Assembly: GCA_030603385.1 (NCBI GenBank)
Contig: JAUVXW010000024.1
Coordinates: forward strand, 1 to 64,000
Reading direction: 5' to 3'
From: Promethearchaeota archaeon
GTDB lineage: Archaea > Asgardarchaeota > Lokiarchaeia > Sigyniarchaeales > SOKP01
Length of the DNA stretch: 64,000 nt
Shown: positions 29,633-40,265 of the stretch, one piece after another
Layout: each line of letters starts with the position of its first letter
Numbering within the stretch: the stretch's first letter is position 1
Position numbers and translations under genes: made by a program
Notes under the pieces: generated by a model
The model's database searches: none
The model's input: only the letters and a program-made list of their open reading frames with translations
Told to the model about the DNA's origin: nothing

Positions 29633-30583
29633 ATGACTAAAATTTTTGATGTTATTTGTATTGGAGCCGCCTTAGTTGACATGGTCGCTCAAATTGAAAG
29701 GTATCCAGAAAATGATGACGAGGTCTTTGTTTCTGATCTAAAATTATTATCTGGAGGGGCTGCTGCTAATACTGCTTATGCTTGTGCAAAATTAGGATTA
29801 AAAACTGCTTTTGTTGGAAAATTGGGGAGAGATGATGTATTTGGATTAAAAATAATAAATGATTTTAATGATGTAAAGGTAAATACTGAATTACTTAAAT
29901 ATTCAGATGAGTATAGAACTGGATCTGCCTATGTAGCATTGAATAAAGAAGGAGATAGAAGAATATATGCTCACAGTGGTGCTGCGAATTATCTTTCAAA
30001 AGAAGATATCAAAGAAAATGAACTATCTTTCACAAGTATCATCTTTTTAAGTAGCTTGAAAAATATAGAACCTTTTATTGAGGTTGCTATAATCGGAAAA
30101 AATAAAAAAATACCTGTTATTCTAAATCCGGGTATGTTAATAATTGAACAGGGGTTTATTAACATTAAAATCCTATTAGAAAAAATAGATATACTCATTA
30201 TATCTCAAAGAGAATTTGAAGTTCTTCTTGATCTTAAAAATAAAAAAATAAATCCTAATATGGTTAGGGAAGAAGCAGATAATTTGTTTTCTTTAGGAAT
30301 AAATGTTGTTGTAATAACTAAAGGTAAGAAAGGTGCCTTAATATTAACTCACGGAAATGCTGAGTTAATTCCACCTATTAAAACGAATAAAGTTGTAGAT
30401 ACTACAGGAGCAGGAGATGCGTTTTCAGCTGGTTTTATGTATGGATTTATTCAAAATCAAAGCTTTAAATTTGAAGATCTTAAACGAAATGTAAGAATAG
30501 GCAATTTTATAGCAGGTAAATGTATTGAGAAATTAGGCGCAAGAAATGGAATTCCCGAAGAGGAAGAAATAGAATTAGAATAA
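29633..30583 (+). CDS. PfkB/ribokinase family kinase
   Basis: GGAAANTA, DTTGAGDAF. Confidence 0.92.
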   Translation: MTKIFDVICIGAALVDMVAQIERYPENDDEVFVSDLKLLSGGAAANTAYACAKLGLKTAFVGKLGRDDVFGLKIINDFNDVKVNTELLKYSDEYRTGSAYVALNKEGDRRIYAHSGAANYLSKEDIKENELSFTSIIFLSSLKNIEPFIEVAIIGKNKKIPVILNPGMLIIEQGFINIKILLEKIDILIISQREFEVLLDLKNKKINPNMVREEADNLFSLGINVVVITKGKKGALILTHGNAELIPPIKTNKVVDTTGAGDAFSAGFMYGFIQNQSFKFEDLKRNVRIGNFIAGKCIEKLGARNGIPEEEEIELE

Positions 30584-30655
30584 ATTAAGTTAGTAATCAC
30601 AAAGTTTTTAATTTTTCAATTTAATAATTTTTTATCATAAATTGAGTGAATAGAT

Positions 30656-31738
30656 ATGGTTTTTTCTGACGCAAAGAAAAGGATAGCGAAAAAAAGGTTT
30701 ACATTTTTTCTTTACGATGTTGCACTTGTATTTGTTTTTTTATTTATCCTTCTTATAATTCCCTTGTTTATAGTTCCATTGATAGCCGAGGAGGCTTCTG
30801 TTCTCTATGGGATTCTTTTCTATGTAATAAGAATGATAATGATTTTCTTAGGTATTCCTCTAATCTTGTATTTAACTAATCTAATATTTGAATTTCAGAA
30901 AAAAAAAGTTATAATCGATGAGGATATTTCTCCAGCAACAGGTCATTTAAAATTATTTAAGGTTACAAAAAAAAATTATAAATATCAAATCTTGTATGGA
31001 TTTTTAATTTTCTTTTTAGTTTTCTTACCAATAGATTTTTTCACTTACCTTTTAGTTCCAAAGATGATTGAATATCAAGCTTGGGCATTGGTATTAACAT
31101 CTACCAACTCATATCTACTTGCCAATAATTATTTTATATTTTTAATTTCTGTAATCATAATCCATATATCAGTATCGGTTACAGAAGAGACTATTGCGAG
31201 AGGTTTTTTAGCCAAACGAGGAAGTGAGTATTTTTTCGAAATGTCAGCTGTTATGATATCGTCTCTTTATTTTGGCTTAGGTCATTTTGCATATTTTCTT
31301 GATCCTATAAGTCAATTCTATCCATATTGGTTTCCGTTTGTATGGTTTATACAAGCGTTTGTTGTTGGCATTATTTTGGCACTACTGGTATTAAGAAAAA
31401 AGTGGATTCTCCCTGCTATAATAGCACATGCACTAAACAATATTGTTGCTGCGCATACGATCTGGAGTTGGGGGCAAGGTATTAGTTTTCAAGTAGTAGC
31501 TTTTTTCGTGTATATTCCTTTATTTATTATTGGTATATTGTTTATTATCGTTTGTTTATTACTAGTATGGCCATTTTCGAGTGTTAAGCGAGGAATTTTG
31601 AATGGATTTGCACTTTTTAAAACATATTTTAAGAGGGATACTGAAGAAAAAACAATAGGGGATACTTTATTCCGTGTATTTTTTGATATATTAATCGGAT
31701 GCCTAATTTTTCTTATGGGATTTTTAATTGCAGTTTAA
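30656..31738 (+). CDS. CPBP (Abi/CAAX) intramembrane protease
   Basis: EETIARG, FGLGH, AIIAHALNN; multiple TM segments. Confidence 0.9.
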   Translation: MVFSDAKKRIAKKRFTFFLYDVALVFVFLFILLIIPLFIVPLIAEEASVLYGILFYVIRMIMIFLGIPLILYLTNLIFEFQKKKVIIDEDISPATGHLKLFKVTKKNYKYQILYGFLIFFLVFLPIDFFTYLLVPKMIEYQAWALVLTSTNSYLLANNYFIFLISVIIIHISVSVTEETIARGFLAKRGSEYFFEMSAVMISSLYFGLGHFAYFLDPISQFYPYWFPFVWFIQAFVVGIILALLVLRKKWILPAIIAHALNNIVAAHTIWSWGQGISFQVVAFFVYIPLFIIGILFIIVCLLLVWPFSSVKRGILNGFALFKTYFKRDTEEKTIGDTLFRVFFDILIGCLIFLMGFLIAV

Positions 31739-31753
31739 AGGAGCGTCGTTTTA

Positions 31754-32272
31754 ATGAAGTTAGGGATAATTTCTGACACACATATAACCTCTAATACCGA
31801 AATTGATCAAATAACATCTCTTATCAGTCAATTAAAAAATGTTTTCAAAGATGCCGATAAAATTATTCATGCAGGAGATGTTTGTGAACTTTTTTTTCTA
31901 AAAGAGCTTGAAAAAATAGCTCCTGTTTCTTGTGTAAAGGGAAACGTAGATGAAATTGAGAATTTAGAACAATTTATTAAATTCTCTGTTAGTCGTTATA
32001 ATATTGGAGTAATCCATATATTACCTGAGAATCTTGAAGAATTTATGAAAGAACAAGATTTACACATTATCATTTTTGGACACACTCATATCCCACTTAT
32101 AAAGGGGACAAAATTTAATACACTGCTTTTGAATCCAGGTTCTCCTATGGAACCTAATGTACCTCCTCAAAAGCCAGGATTTCTTAAACCAGTAGCAAAG
32201 TCAACGGTTATAACATTAAAAATTGATGAGAATGATGTTATATCTACATTCATTATAACATTAAAGCTTTAG
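31754..32272 (+). CDS. YfcE/Vps29-family metallophosphoesterase
   Basis: ISDTH, HAGD, GNVD, GHTH, NPGS. Confidence 0.9.
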   Translation: MKLGIISDTHITSNTEIDQITSLISQLKNVFKDADKIIHAGDVCELFFLKELEKIAPVSCVKGNVDEIENLEQFIKFSVSRYNIGVIHILPENLEEFMKEQDLHIIIFGHTHIPLIKGTKFNTLLLNPGSPMEPNVPPQKPGFLKPVAKSTVITLKIDENDVISTFIITLKL

Positions 32273-32521
32273 AAAGTTTTTTAATTCATAATTTTGATAA
32301 TTCCATTTATTTGATTTGTATAAATAAACCATAGAAGTAGAATATAAATTACACTAGCGGAATTATGATAATTCAAATAATTTTAAATATTATTTAACTC
32401 ATATTAATTATACAAGGAAAGTTTATGCTTACGAATTATATTTGAATAATTATAAAATAGGAATTTATAATTATTTCCTTAAAATTACGAATCAATTAAT
32501 TTTATAAGAGTGTGCATAAAG

Positions 32522-32920
32522 ATGGTAAGTAGACTCGGTTTAGTACTAAAAGAACTTAATGACAATGGAAATTTTCGTGCTTCACTTTTTGCTACATCAG
32601 CAGGTCTAGTACTTGCCTCCCAAAAAGAAGAAGATATAGATGAAAGAGTAGTAGCAGCAATGGGATCTTTATTAAGCGATGCCGCGTATAAGGCTGCTGA
32701 GGAAATGGATTTATCTGAAGTTAGGAGTATGAAGATTAAATATAAAGATGACTACATAATAATGAGAAATATTTTAATGAAAAATAATAACACTCAATTT
32801 CTTTTAGCAGTTCTATCTAAGCTCCCTGAAAGTGAGGAAATTGAAAAATATATTGATCAACTTCTGGATTGGGCGGAAGAAAATAGTAAAGGGGACTTGG
32901 AAAAACTTTCTTCGCTTTAA
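32522..32920 (+). CDS. Roadblock/LC7 domain protein
   Basis: ATSAGLVLAS...DERVVAAMGS pattern; ATG at 32522. Confidence 0.8.
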   Translation: MVSRLGLVLKELNDNGNFRASLFATSAGLVLASQKEEDIDERVVAAMGSLLSDAAYKAAEEMDLSEVRSMKIKYKDDYIIMRNILMKNNNTQFLLAVLSKLPESEEIEKYIDQLLDWAEENSKGDLEKLSSL

Positions 32921-32962
32921 TATTATTTTTTACACTTATTTTTATTTTTTATAAGAAATTAG

Positions 32963-33079
32963 ATTAAATTCCATAATTCTATAGTAAGTGAATTATTTCC
33001 ATTAAAAAATGTAAGGGAAACTGAAGAATATTTAAATGAAGGAAAACAATTCGGAAAGGTACTTTTAGAAATCGCTTAA
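32963..33079 (+). pseudogene. C-terminal remnant of an MDR/zinc-binding dehydrogenase (quinone oxidoreductase-like)
   Basis: Reads SIVSELFPLKNVRETEEYLNEGKQFGKVLLEIA*, the typical MDR C-terminus; in-frame TAG at 32960 and no start codon. Confidence 0.7.
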
Positions 33080-33694
33080 AAAATTTAAAACTTCTTCAGC
33101 AACTTGTTCTTCATAATTTTGATAGAAATGGTCGGCACCATCGAAAATTTTACTTTTTTTTGGATAGAAGTAGAATTCATAATTTTCCTGAAAATGATCA
33201 AACCGAGCAACATCATCTCTATTTCCTTGAATAAATAATTTTGGCTTTGAAGTTTGGGATTTTTTTTTATATATTCCCATAATTCCCCACGGAAAAGAAA
33301 TAGAGATGAACCCAATAATTTTTTCTGAATAATTTACAGCTGAACATCCTATTGCTGCCCCATATGAATATCCGCATATGATAATTCTCTCAAAACTTTC
33401 TTTTATTAAATAATCAACACATGCATGAACATCACTTAATTCACCCGTTCCATCTGAATGAGATCCTGTAGATCCTCCAACACCTCTAAAATTAAACCTT
33501 AAACAAGAAAGATCATTTTCAATTAATTTGTTAAATACTCCAGAAACAACATTATTATACATATTACCCCCAAATTGAGGATGAGGGTGACATATTAACA
33601 CAATTGGTTTCAATTTACCTGATTTTGATTGAAAAAATTCAGTCTCTAGTTTAATTTCACTATTTGGTATGAATAGTTTTTCTGTAGCAACCAT
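33065..33694 (-). CDS. Alpha/beta hydrolase
   Basis: CHPHPQFGGNM, RFNFRGVG, GYSYG, GNRDD, GADHF. Confidence 0.92.
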   Translation of the reverse strand: MVATEKLFIPNSEIKLETEFFQSKSGKLKPIVLICHPHPQFGGNMYNNVVSGVFNKLIENDLSCLRFNFRGVGGSTGSHSDGTGELSDVHACVDYLIKESFERIIICGYSYGAAIGCSAVNYSEKIIGFISISFPWGIMGIYKKKSQTSKPKLFIQGNRDDVARFDHFQENYEFYFYPKKSKIFDGADHFYQNYEEQVAEEVLNFLSDF

Positions 33695-33750
33695 ATAATT
33701 TATTTAATTTTTAACTTATAATAATTATACCACAAATAAAAGTGCGAAAC

Positions 33751-34605
33751 ATGAGTAATTATAATCGGTTTATCATACAAAGAAAACTTAAGGAATTTAT
33801 TGAAGAGGATTGTCACTATGCAGATGTCTCCTCAAGTATTATCCCTGATTATGCTGAAACATCAGCAAGAATTATTGCTAAAAGTTCAGGATATATTTCA
33901 GGATTAGAAGAATTAACAATGCTTTTCGATTTATTAAATGTTTCTATGATTTTAAAAAAAAAAGATGGGGAAGCGTTTAATAAAGGAGATATCATTGCTG
34001 AATTAAAAGGAAAAACAAAAGATATTTTATTAGGAGAAAGAGTAGGACTCAATCTTATAACTCATATGAGTGCGATAACTTCAACAACAAAAAAATTCGT
34101 AGAGATAATAAAAAATACTGGAAAAAATGTAAAAATCGCATGTACCCGAAAAACTACCCCTGGAGTAAGGATTTTTGAAAAGAAAGCTGTTGAAATTGGA
34201 GGTGGAGATACACATAGATTTTCTCTAGACGAATTTCTCCTGAAAGATACTCATTTGAGGTATTATAAAGGAGATATAGAAAAAATTTTAAAAGATGTGA
34301 ATAAAATAGCTAGCTTTACAAAAAAAATCGAAATTGAAATTGAAAAAGTGGAAGATGTATTAGTTGCTGCGAAAAATGGGGCAGATATCATCATGATGGA
34401 TAATTTTAGTCCTGATCAAGTAGAGGACGCTATCAATTTATTAAAGCAAAATAATCTTCGAGATAATGTAATTATTGAGGTTTCTGGTGGGATTCATCCA
34501 GAGAATATCGTTGATTATTTGCTTTCGGAGCCTGATGTCATAAGTTCAGGTCAATTAACTCAATTTCCATCCGAACAAGTAGATTTTTCACTCCGATTTG
34601 ACTGA
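33751..34605 (+). CDS. nadC: Quinolinate phosphoribosyltransferase
   Basis: TRKTTPG, THRFSL, KDTH, MDNF, SGGI. Confidence 0.95.
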   Translation: MSNYNRFIIQRKLKEFIEEDCHYADVSSSIIPDYAETSARIIAKSSGYISGLEELTMLFDLLNVSMILKKKDGEAFNKGDIIAELKGKTKDILLGERVGLNLITHMSAITSTTKKFVEIIKNTGKNVKIACTRKTTPGVRIFEKKAVEIGGGDTHRFSLDEFLLKDTHLRYYKGDIEKILKDVNKIASFTKKIEIEIEKVEDVLVAAKNGADIIMMDNFSPDQVEDAINLLKQNNLRDNVIIEVSGGIHPENIVDYLLSEPDVISSGQLTQFPSEQVDFSLRFD

Positions 34606-34612
34606 AATAATA

Positions 34613-35005
34613 TTAATCGATAATTATTTCACGAATAGAACAGATAACATCTTTGATTTTGGCTAATTCCTTGTATAGGTCTTTGATTATTTCAATTTTA
34701 CCAACTAATAAGATTATTTCAATTTTTTTCTCCACTATACGCCAATCTGTTATGGTTTTAATGATTTGGTGAAATTGTGAATATAATTTAGAGATCTGAT
34801 CAATTGTTATTTCCTTGAAAGGATAAACAAGACTTATTGTCATTATTTTATATCCTTCTAAATTATCAAATTTTTCATGTTTTTCAATAAAATTTACTAT
34901 GGAATCTCTTAAAGCTTCACTTTTAGAATTAAATCCACTTTGATTTCGAACTCTTTCGAATCTCTCTAATAAATCAGAACTAACTTGTAAGGATATTATT
35001 GGAAT
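34613..35005 (-). CDS. NikR/CopG-like ribbon-helix-helix regulator with probable ATT start
   Basis: Called ORF extends upstream in frame as IPIISLQVSSDLLERFE...GFNSKSEALRDSI (RHH); no ATG/GTG/TTG before the upstream TAG. Confidence 0.8.
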   Translation of the reverse strand: MPIISLQVSSDLLERFERVRNQSGFNSKSEALRDSIVNFIEKHEKFDNLEGYKIMTISLVYPFKEITIDQISKLYSQFHQIIKTITDWRIVEKKIEIILLVGKIEIIKDLYKELAKIKDVICSIREIIID

Positions 35006-35093
35006 TTTTTTCTCTCCCTTTTTTATTATCTTTTTCTATTTGTATAAGATCATAAAAATGTGTTTGAATATAATCTTTATACCTATCTTCATT

Positions 35094-35924
35094 TTATAGA
35101 AATTTATTTATAAAGTTAATACTCTGGGGTAAATCTTTTGCTGTAGATATTTCAATAACAATTGGACCTTGGTAATTATAGTTTTTAATAACTTCAAAAA
35201 TCTCATGAAAATTCACTTTTCCAGTTCCTAAAGGAGGATGAGTATCTGAAGTTTTACTAAAATTATCTACAATGTGAATGTTTTTAATAATTTTACTAAA
35301 ATACTCCCACAAAATCTTCACATTACCGTCACATGTGAAAAAATGGCTTGTGTCATAAGTAATATTGAGATCATTGTGATCAATTTTTGAGAAAGTATCT
35401 TTTATATCATTTTCATCAAGCATAATATGGCAATTCTTTGGCATATTTTCTAAACAAATGTTAACATCTGAGTTATTTATGGAATTTAATAATTTATGAA
35501 TTGATTTAGCTAATTGTACCTTATTATAATCTCTAATTGAATTTATCAGAAAATTCGCTAATCCCGGATGAATAGTTAAAAGGTTGACACCGATATCCTG
35601 GCAAATTTTTGCTGTCTTTGAATATGATTCTACTGATGCGTTAGAGATGAAGTCATTATGGGTACATAAATTTACATCTATAAATGGCCCATGTATTTGT
35701 TTTTTTAGTGAATAAGCATTAACAAGATTAATGAATTTTTGTTTATTTTCATCTTTAATAACTTCTGGAGGATCTAGAACTAATTCAACAATTCCAATAT
35801 CATTATCTTCAGCAAAATTGAGACAATCCTCAGACGCTTTAAGGATTAAATCAACCAAATTCTCATAATTCTTAGAAAGTCCATATTCGATAATATGCCC
35901 TAAAGAGCTAATACCTAATTCCAT
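35094..35924 (-). CDS. Sugar-phosphate isomerase/epimerase (xylose-isomerase-like TIM barrel)
   Basis: HGPFID, HPG, LENMP, DTSH, HIVDN, HPPLGTG. Confidence 0.88.
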   Translation of the reverse strand: MELGISSLGHIIEYGLSKNYENLVDLILKASEDCLNFAEDNDIGIVELVLDPPEVIKDENKQKFINLVNAYSLKKQIHGPFIDVNLCTHNDFISNASVESYSKTAKICQDIGVNLLTIHPGLANFLINSIRDYNKVQLAKSIHKLLNSINNSDVNICLENMPKNCHIMLDENDIKDTFSKIDHNDLNITYDTSHFFTCDGNVKILWEYFSKIIKNIHIVDNFSKTSDTHPPLGTGKVNFHEIFEVIKNYNYQGPIVIEISTAKDLPQSINFINKFL

Positions 35925-36632
35925 CTATTCCACTCCTTTTGGTTTATTTAATGTATTTTTTTTTCGCATACTACGCGGATAATTAGCAAATAAACTTTCG
36001 TATAATTTTTCAAATCTTTCAAGATTTTTCTTGGAAAACGTTTTTAGTTCTCCTATTTGTAGAGCTCCCCAATAAATCTTCGCTAATTTTTCCACTAGCT
36101 CCGCAAATTTTACAGCATGATCGATAGATTTACCACAGACTATCACACCATGATTCGCTAACAAAGCCGCATTTTTTGTTTTGAGTCCATCAAGAGCAGC
36201 TTGCCCAATTTCTTCAGTATGAGCAATTCCAAAATCAGAAACATCAATGGATCCCCCTAGAAAAATATACATCTCTTCCATTATGATTGGAATACTTTTT
36301 CGAATAGTTGAGAACATAGATGCGAAAGTTGAATGAGTATGGATGACAGATTTGACTTTAGGACGTGATTTATAGATCGCAATATGCATTTTTGCTTCAG
36401 TAGACGGTAGTTTTCCCGCACTCAAGGGTGTTCCATCAAAATTTAAATGTACCACTTCATCCTTTGTAAGTGTGGAATACTGATTGAATGATGGTGTAAT
36501 AAAAAATTCTTCTTTCTTACCATTCCTTAAACTTACATTACCTTCACCTGCTTCTACTAAGCCTTTATTGAAAATTGCTTTTGCACCATCAACCACTTCC
36601 ATCCGAAGCTTATCTTCTTTAGTTAAAGACAT
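35925..36632 (-). CDS. Class II aldolase (FucA-like)
   Basis: GNVS, PSTEAKMH, HTHS, NHG; ATG at 36632. Confidence 0.9.
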   Translation of the reverse strand: MSLTKEDKLRMEVVDGAKAIFNKGLVEAGEGNVSLRNGKKEEFFITPSFNQYSTLTKDEVVHLNFDGTPLSAGKLPSTEAKMHIAIYKSRPKVKSVIHTHSTFASMFSTIRKSIPIIMEEMYIFLGGSIDVSDFGIAHTEEIGQAALDGLKTKNAALLANHGVIVCGKSIDHAVKFAELVEKLAKIYWGALQIGELKTFSKKNLERFEKLYESLFANYPRSMRKKNTLNKPKGVE

Positions 36633-36804
36633 AAAATAAATAATTAAGAGTGTGTTAAAAATGTATTTCGAATTGAGAAACAATGTTAAAATCTAAATTA
36701 AGACTTTGTTTTATAATTCAAATTACTCTAATCTTATATATAAAATATAAAAATATCAAATATGATAATTTAAAATACTATTTTTAGTAGAAAATGCACG
36801 AAAA

Positions 36805-37887
36805 ATGAACCGGCTTATATTGCATTGTGATTTAGATTGCTTTTTTGCGGCTGTGGAAATGAGAGATAATCCACAATTTAGAAGAAAATCAGTCATAATA
36901 GGAGCCGATCCAAGAGAAGGAAAGGGTAGAGGGGTTATCTCAACTTGTTCTTACGAGGCAAGAAAATTTGGACTTCATTCTGGAATGCCTATTTCTCAAG
37001 CATACCTCAGATGTCCTCATGGAATTTATCTGAGACCAAATTTTAAGAAATATTCCAAGGCTTCGAAACAAGTTATGGAAATATTAAGTAGATATTCAAA
37101 AGATTTCCAACAAATAGGAAATGATGAGGCATATCTTGATCTCACAGATACATGCTTAAATTATAAGGAAGCAAAAGAAAATGCAAAAAAAATCCAAAGG
37201 GAAATATGTGAAAGTGTAGGATTAACAATATCGATTGGAATCGCACCTACAAAATCTCTAGCAAAAATTGCATCAGACTGCAATAAGCCAAATGGAATAA
37301 CTCTCTTTAAACCAGAAAATTTTAAAGTCTTATTAAAAGATATGGAAATCACGCGTGTCCCAGGTATAGGAAAAAAAACAAAGGTATATTTCTATAAGAA
37401 AGGAATAAAGAAGATTGGTGATATACTTAATATACCAGTATCTAAAATGGTTAATTTATTTGGGGAACATGGTAAATGGATCTGGAAAGTAGTCAATGGT
37501 TTTGACAATCGAAAGGTCAAGGAATTTCAAGAAGAGAGAAAATCAATTAGTGCAGAGAGAACTTTTTTAGAAGACACTAATGATTTTAATTCAATTTTTT
37601 CCAAATTAGGAGATATTAATGAAAAAATCCATAGATCAGTTATTAAACATCATATTGCTTATAAAACTATTTCACTAAAAATAAGATTTGAAGGTTATCA
37701 AACATATACACGTTCTAAAACCCTTCCTTTTCATATTCAAGACAAGGATAGAGTAATGGTAGTAATTTTAGAATTATTTAGAGAATTTTCAAACAATATG
37801 AAAAAAGTAAGACTTGTGGGTATTAGATTCTCTAATTTAGAAAGAAATCATAAAGTCCGACAAACTGATCTTTTTAATTATGCTTAA
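36805..37887 (+). CDS. dinB: Y-family DNA polymerase IV
   Basis: HCDLDCFFAAVE, SYEARKFG, DEAYLD, AKIASDCNKPNG. Confidence 0.95.
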   Translation: MNRLILHCDLDCFFAAVEMRDNPQFRRKSVIIGADPREGKGRGVISTCSYEARKFGLHSGMPISQAYLRCPHGIYLRPNFKKYSKASKQVMEILSRYSKDFQQIGNDEAYLDLTDTCLNYKEAKENAKKIQREICESVGLTISIGIAPTKSLAKIASDCNKPNGITLFKPENFKVLLKDMEITRVPGIGKKTKVYFYKKGIKKIGDILNIPVSKMVNLFGEHGKWIWKVVNGFDNRKVKEFQEERKSISAERTFLEDTNDFNSIFSKLGDINEKIHRSVIKHHIAYKTISLKIRFEGYQTYTRSKTLPFHIQDKDRVMVVILELFREFSNNMKKVRLVGIRFSNLERNHKVRQTDLFNYA

Positions 37888-37939
37888 TTTAGGAGTTCAA
37901 TTTGAATTATTTTTGATTTTTAAATTCTAGAAAAAATAA

Positions 37940-40045
37940 TTACCTTATTATAGCCTGTATTTCAAAAAGATAATTTTCTAATGAAGCTGATGTTCTGCTT
38001 GTAAGATCAATTTGATGTGCCTTTCTTTTTAATTCTGATTCAAAGTTATATTCACTCAGAAGCCATAATAATTTATGTATCTCAATAGTTTTCTTGAAGT
38101 TATTATCAATTTCATAATATTTTGAATACGCATTATAGAAAGCATCATAAAAAGACGGGAGATTTAAAGGTTTTAGAATTAAGTAATCTATTTTAATGAA
38201 GTCTTGAGCTCTGCTTCCAACACACCAATCATCAAAATCTACTAATCCATTCAAATTAATTAAACCTTGGTCTTCTTTAACGATAACATTTTGACTATGA
38301 AAATCATTATGTAACAATACAAATTCATTTTCTTCTTCAATTAGCGCCTTGTTATCTCTAAAATAATCCCTTATTTCAATTCCAAAATCAATCTTATTCT
38401 TTTTTGCTTCTTGCAATTCAGTTTCTAATTGATTATTAAAATATTCTGGATATGATACTTTTTTATTTTTTCCAATATTGCTAATACTTCTAAAAAAAGA
38501 TTCAAATTTTATTGTGTGTAAATTTCCTAAATGTTCTCCCAAATTTTCAAATATGTTTATAAATTTTTTAGTATTCAGGTTTTTTCCTTCATTAATGTAC
38601 TTATTAATGAGTTGAAATAAAGGTTTGCCACGAATATATTCTTGTGCAGAGAAAATATAAGGAATCACTTCCTTAGTCTCATCATAATAAATTAAATTAC
38701 TTACTGGAATAATAGGAGGTTTTTCCTTATCAAAGATATAAGCTCCAGTTTTAGAGTTTATAATTGCTTTTACTTTTTCTCTTAGATTAAGGTCATGAGG
38801 TGTTAAAGTCTTATCTAAAAATGGAAATAAAAGTTTTTGTTTAACTAAATTTTCAAATTGAAAGAATTTACTAGTTCGAAATCTGAAAACTAATTGGCTA
38901 TTTTCGAACTTTACTTTATAAATCGTGTTAATATCTGATCTATAAGGACCTGTTATTTTTCTTACTTTACCTTGTTGAACTAAAATATCAATTTTTGAAA
39001 ATGTCTCAATAATATCTTGAAATTGATATAGATCTTTTCTACCAATAGAATATAATTGATAAATTTGTTTGTTATGAAGTAGGTAATTAACAGTAGCTTC
39101 GATTCTTTCCTTACTTATAGGATCAATTTCAGTTTGTAATTTTGAGGTGATGAAATTAACCTCTTCATCAGTTTTTGATATTAATTCTCCATACAAATGT
39201 AAAAAAGCATAAATTAAACCACGTCTCTCTTTGCCTTCCTCAGTTTTAATATCGTAAATCTTAGCTCTAATATCATTTATTTGTTCTTGTAATTGTAGAA
39301 GCTCTAAGAGATTATCATTCACGGCATAATAGTATATTTTTGAACACATATTAACCAAGTTACTTATACTCGATACAATACCACTATATTTTCTCTGGTT
39401 TAATGGAATTAGTTGAAAAAAGTTTTGAGAGTTTTCTTCCACCCCGCAGAAAACTGAGAAATTTTCATTCATTAATCGTAAATATGATTTGCAGATCTTA
39501 ATATTATAAAATGAATCATTTAATCCCCTTAAATTAGGGAATTCTGTTAATTTTTTTAACCAATTCGGTTCAATCTCATTTTTAACAAATTGAAGAGGAT
39601 TATTGTACAAATATATTTGATTCCTAGGATTAATAGATCCTAAAATATTTTCAAAATATGATCTTATGCCTTCTGATGATAAGTTTTCTGAAATGGGGGG
39701 AGGTATCATATAATTAAGTTCGTCAAAATTTTTTCCTAAATTTTCAATCTGCTGTATTATTTCATCGGCATCGGCACCATAAATTCCAACAAGAATAGGA
39801 ATTTTTTTTGCAGTTAATTCCATTGCTATATCAATAAGTTTAATTTTTTCTTCTATTTTACTTGAAAATAGAGGTCTATCCCCCATACTCCCGAAAAGCA
39901 GGAGAGCGTTGGCGTCGTTTGTAAGAATGTGACGGATAAGAAGTGAATTTAAGTTTTTAATAATCTCATTATTTCGATTGAAGAAAGTAATAGCGTTACA
40001 TATAACACCATTGATTTGTTGCATTTTAAACTCCTTTTCTGACAC
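37940..40045 (-). CDS. Degenerate DapA/NAL-like barrel fused to an APH/choline-kinase-like phosphotransferase
   Basis: N-terminal FGSMGD, YLYNNP, GLNDS; C-terminal LHNDFHSQN...VDFDD. Confidence 0.8.
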   Translation of the reverse strand: MSEKEFKMQQINGVICNAITFFNRNNEIIKNLNSLLIRHILTNDANALLLFGSMGDRPLFSSKIEEKIKLIDIAMELTAKKIPILVGIYGADADEIIQQIENLGKNFDELNYMIPPPISENLSSEGIRSYFENILGSINPRNQIYLYNNPLQFVKNEIEPNWLKKLTEFPNLRGLNDSFYNIKICKSYLRLMNENFSVFCGVEENSQNFFQLIPLNQRKYSGIVSSISNLVNMCSKIYYYAVNDNLLELLQLQEQINDIRAKIYDIKTEEGKERRGLIYAFLHLYGELISKTDEEVNFITSKLQTEIDPISKERIEATVNYLLHNKQIYQLYSIGRKDLYQFQDIIETFSKIDILVQQGKVRKITGPYRSDINTIYKVKFENSQLVFRFRTSKFFQFENLVKQKLLFPFLDKTLTPHDLNLREKVKAIINSKTGAYIFDKEKPPIIPVSNLIYYDETKEVIPYIFSAQEYIRGKPLFQLINKYINEGKNLNTKKFINIFENLGEHLGNLHTIKFESFFRSISNIGKNKKVSYPEYFNNQLETELQEAKKNKIDFGIEIRDYFRDNKALIEEENEFVLLHNDFHSQNVIVKEDQGLINLNGLVDFDDWCVGSRAQDFIKIDYLILKPLNLPSFYDAFYNAYSKYYEIDNNFKKTIEIHKLLWLLSEYNFESELKRKAHQIDLTSRTSASLENYLFEIQAIIR

Positions 40046-40265
40046 TACAAATATAACTTGAATTTCAATAACAATATGTGGATATTAGTCTCTAAGTGTA
40101 AATATGATTTTTGAACAATTTTATTATCCGAATTATACCTAAAAATTTATAATTTTCTTAATAATAATCACTTATTAAATTTAAATAAATTTGATATATT
40201 GTTTAAAGAAGCTTGTTTCAAATTTCTGAATAGAACTGTTAAAGATGTATAAATAAAGATGTGTT

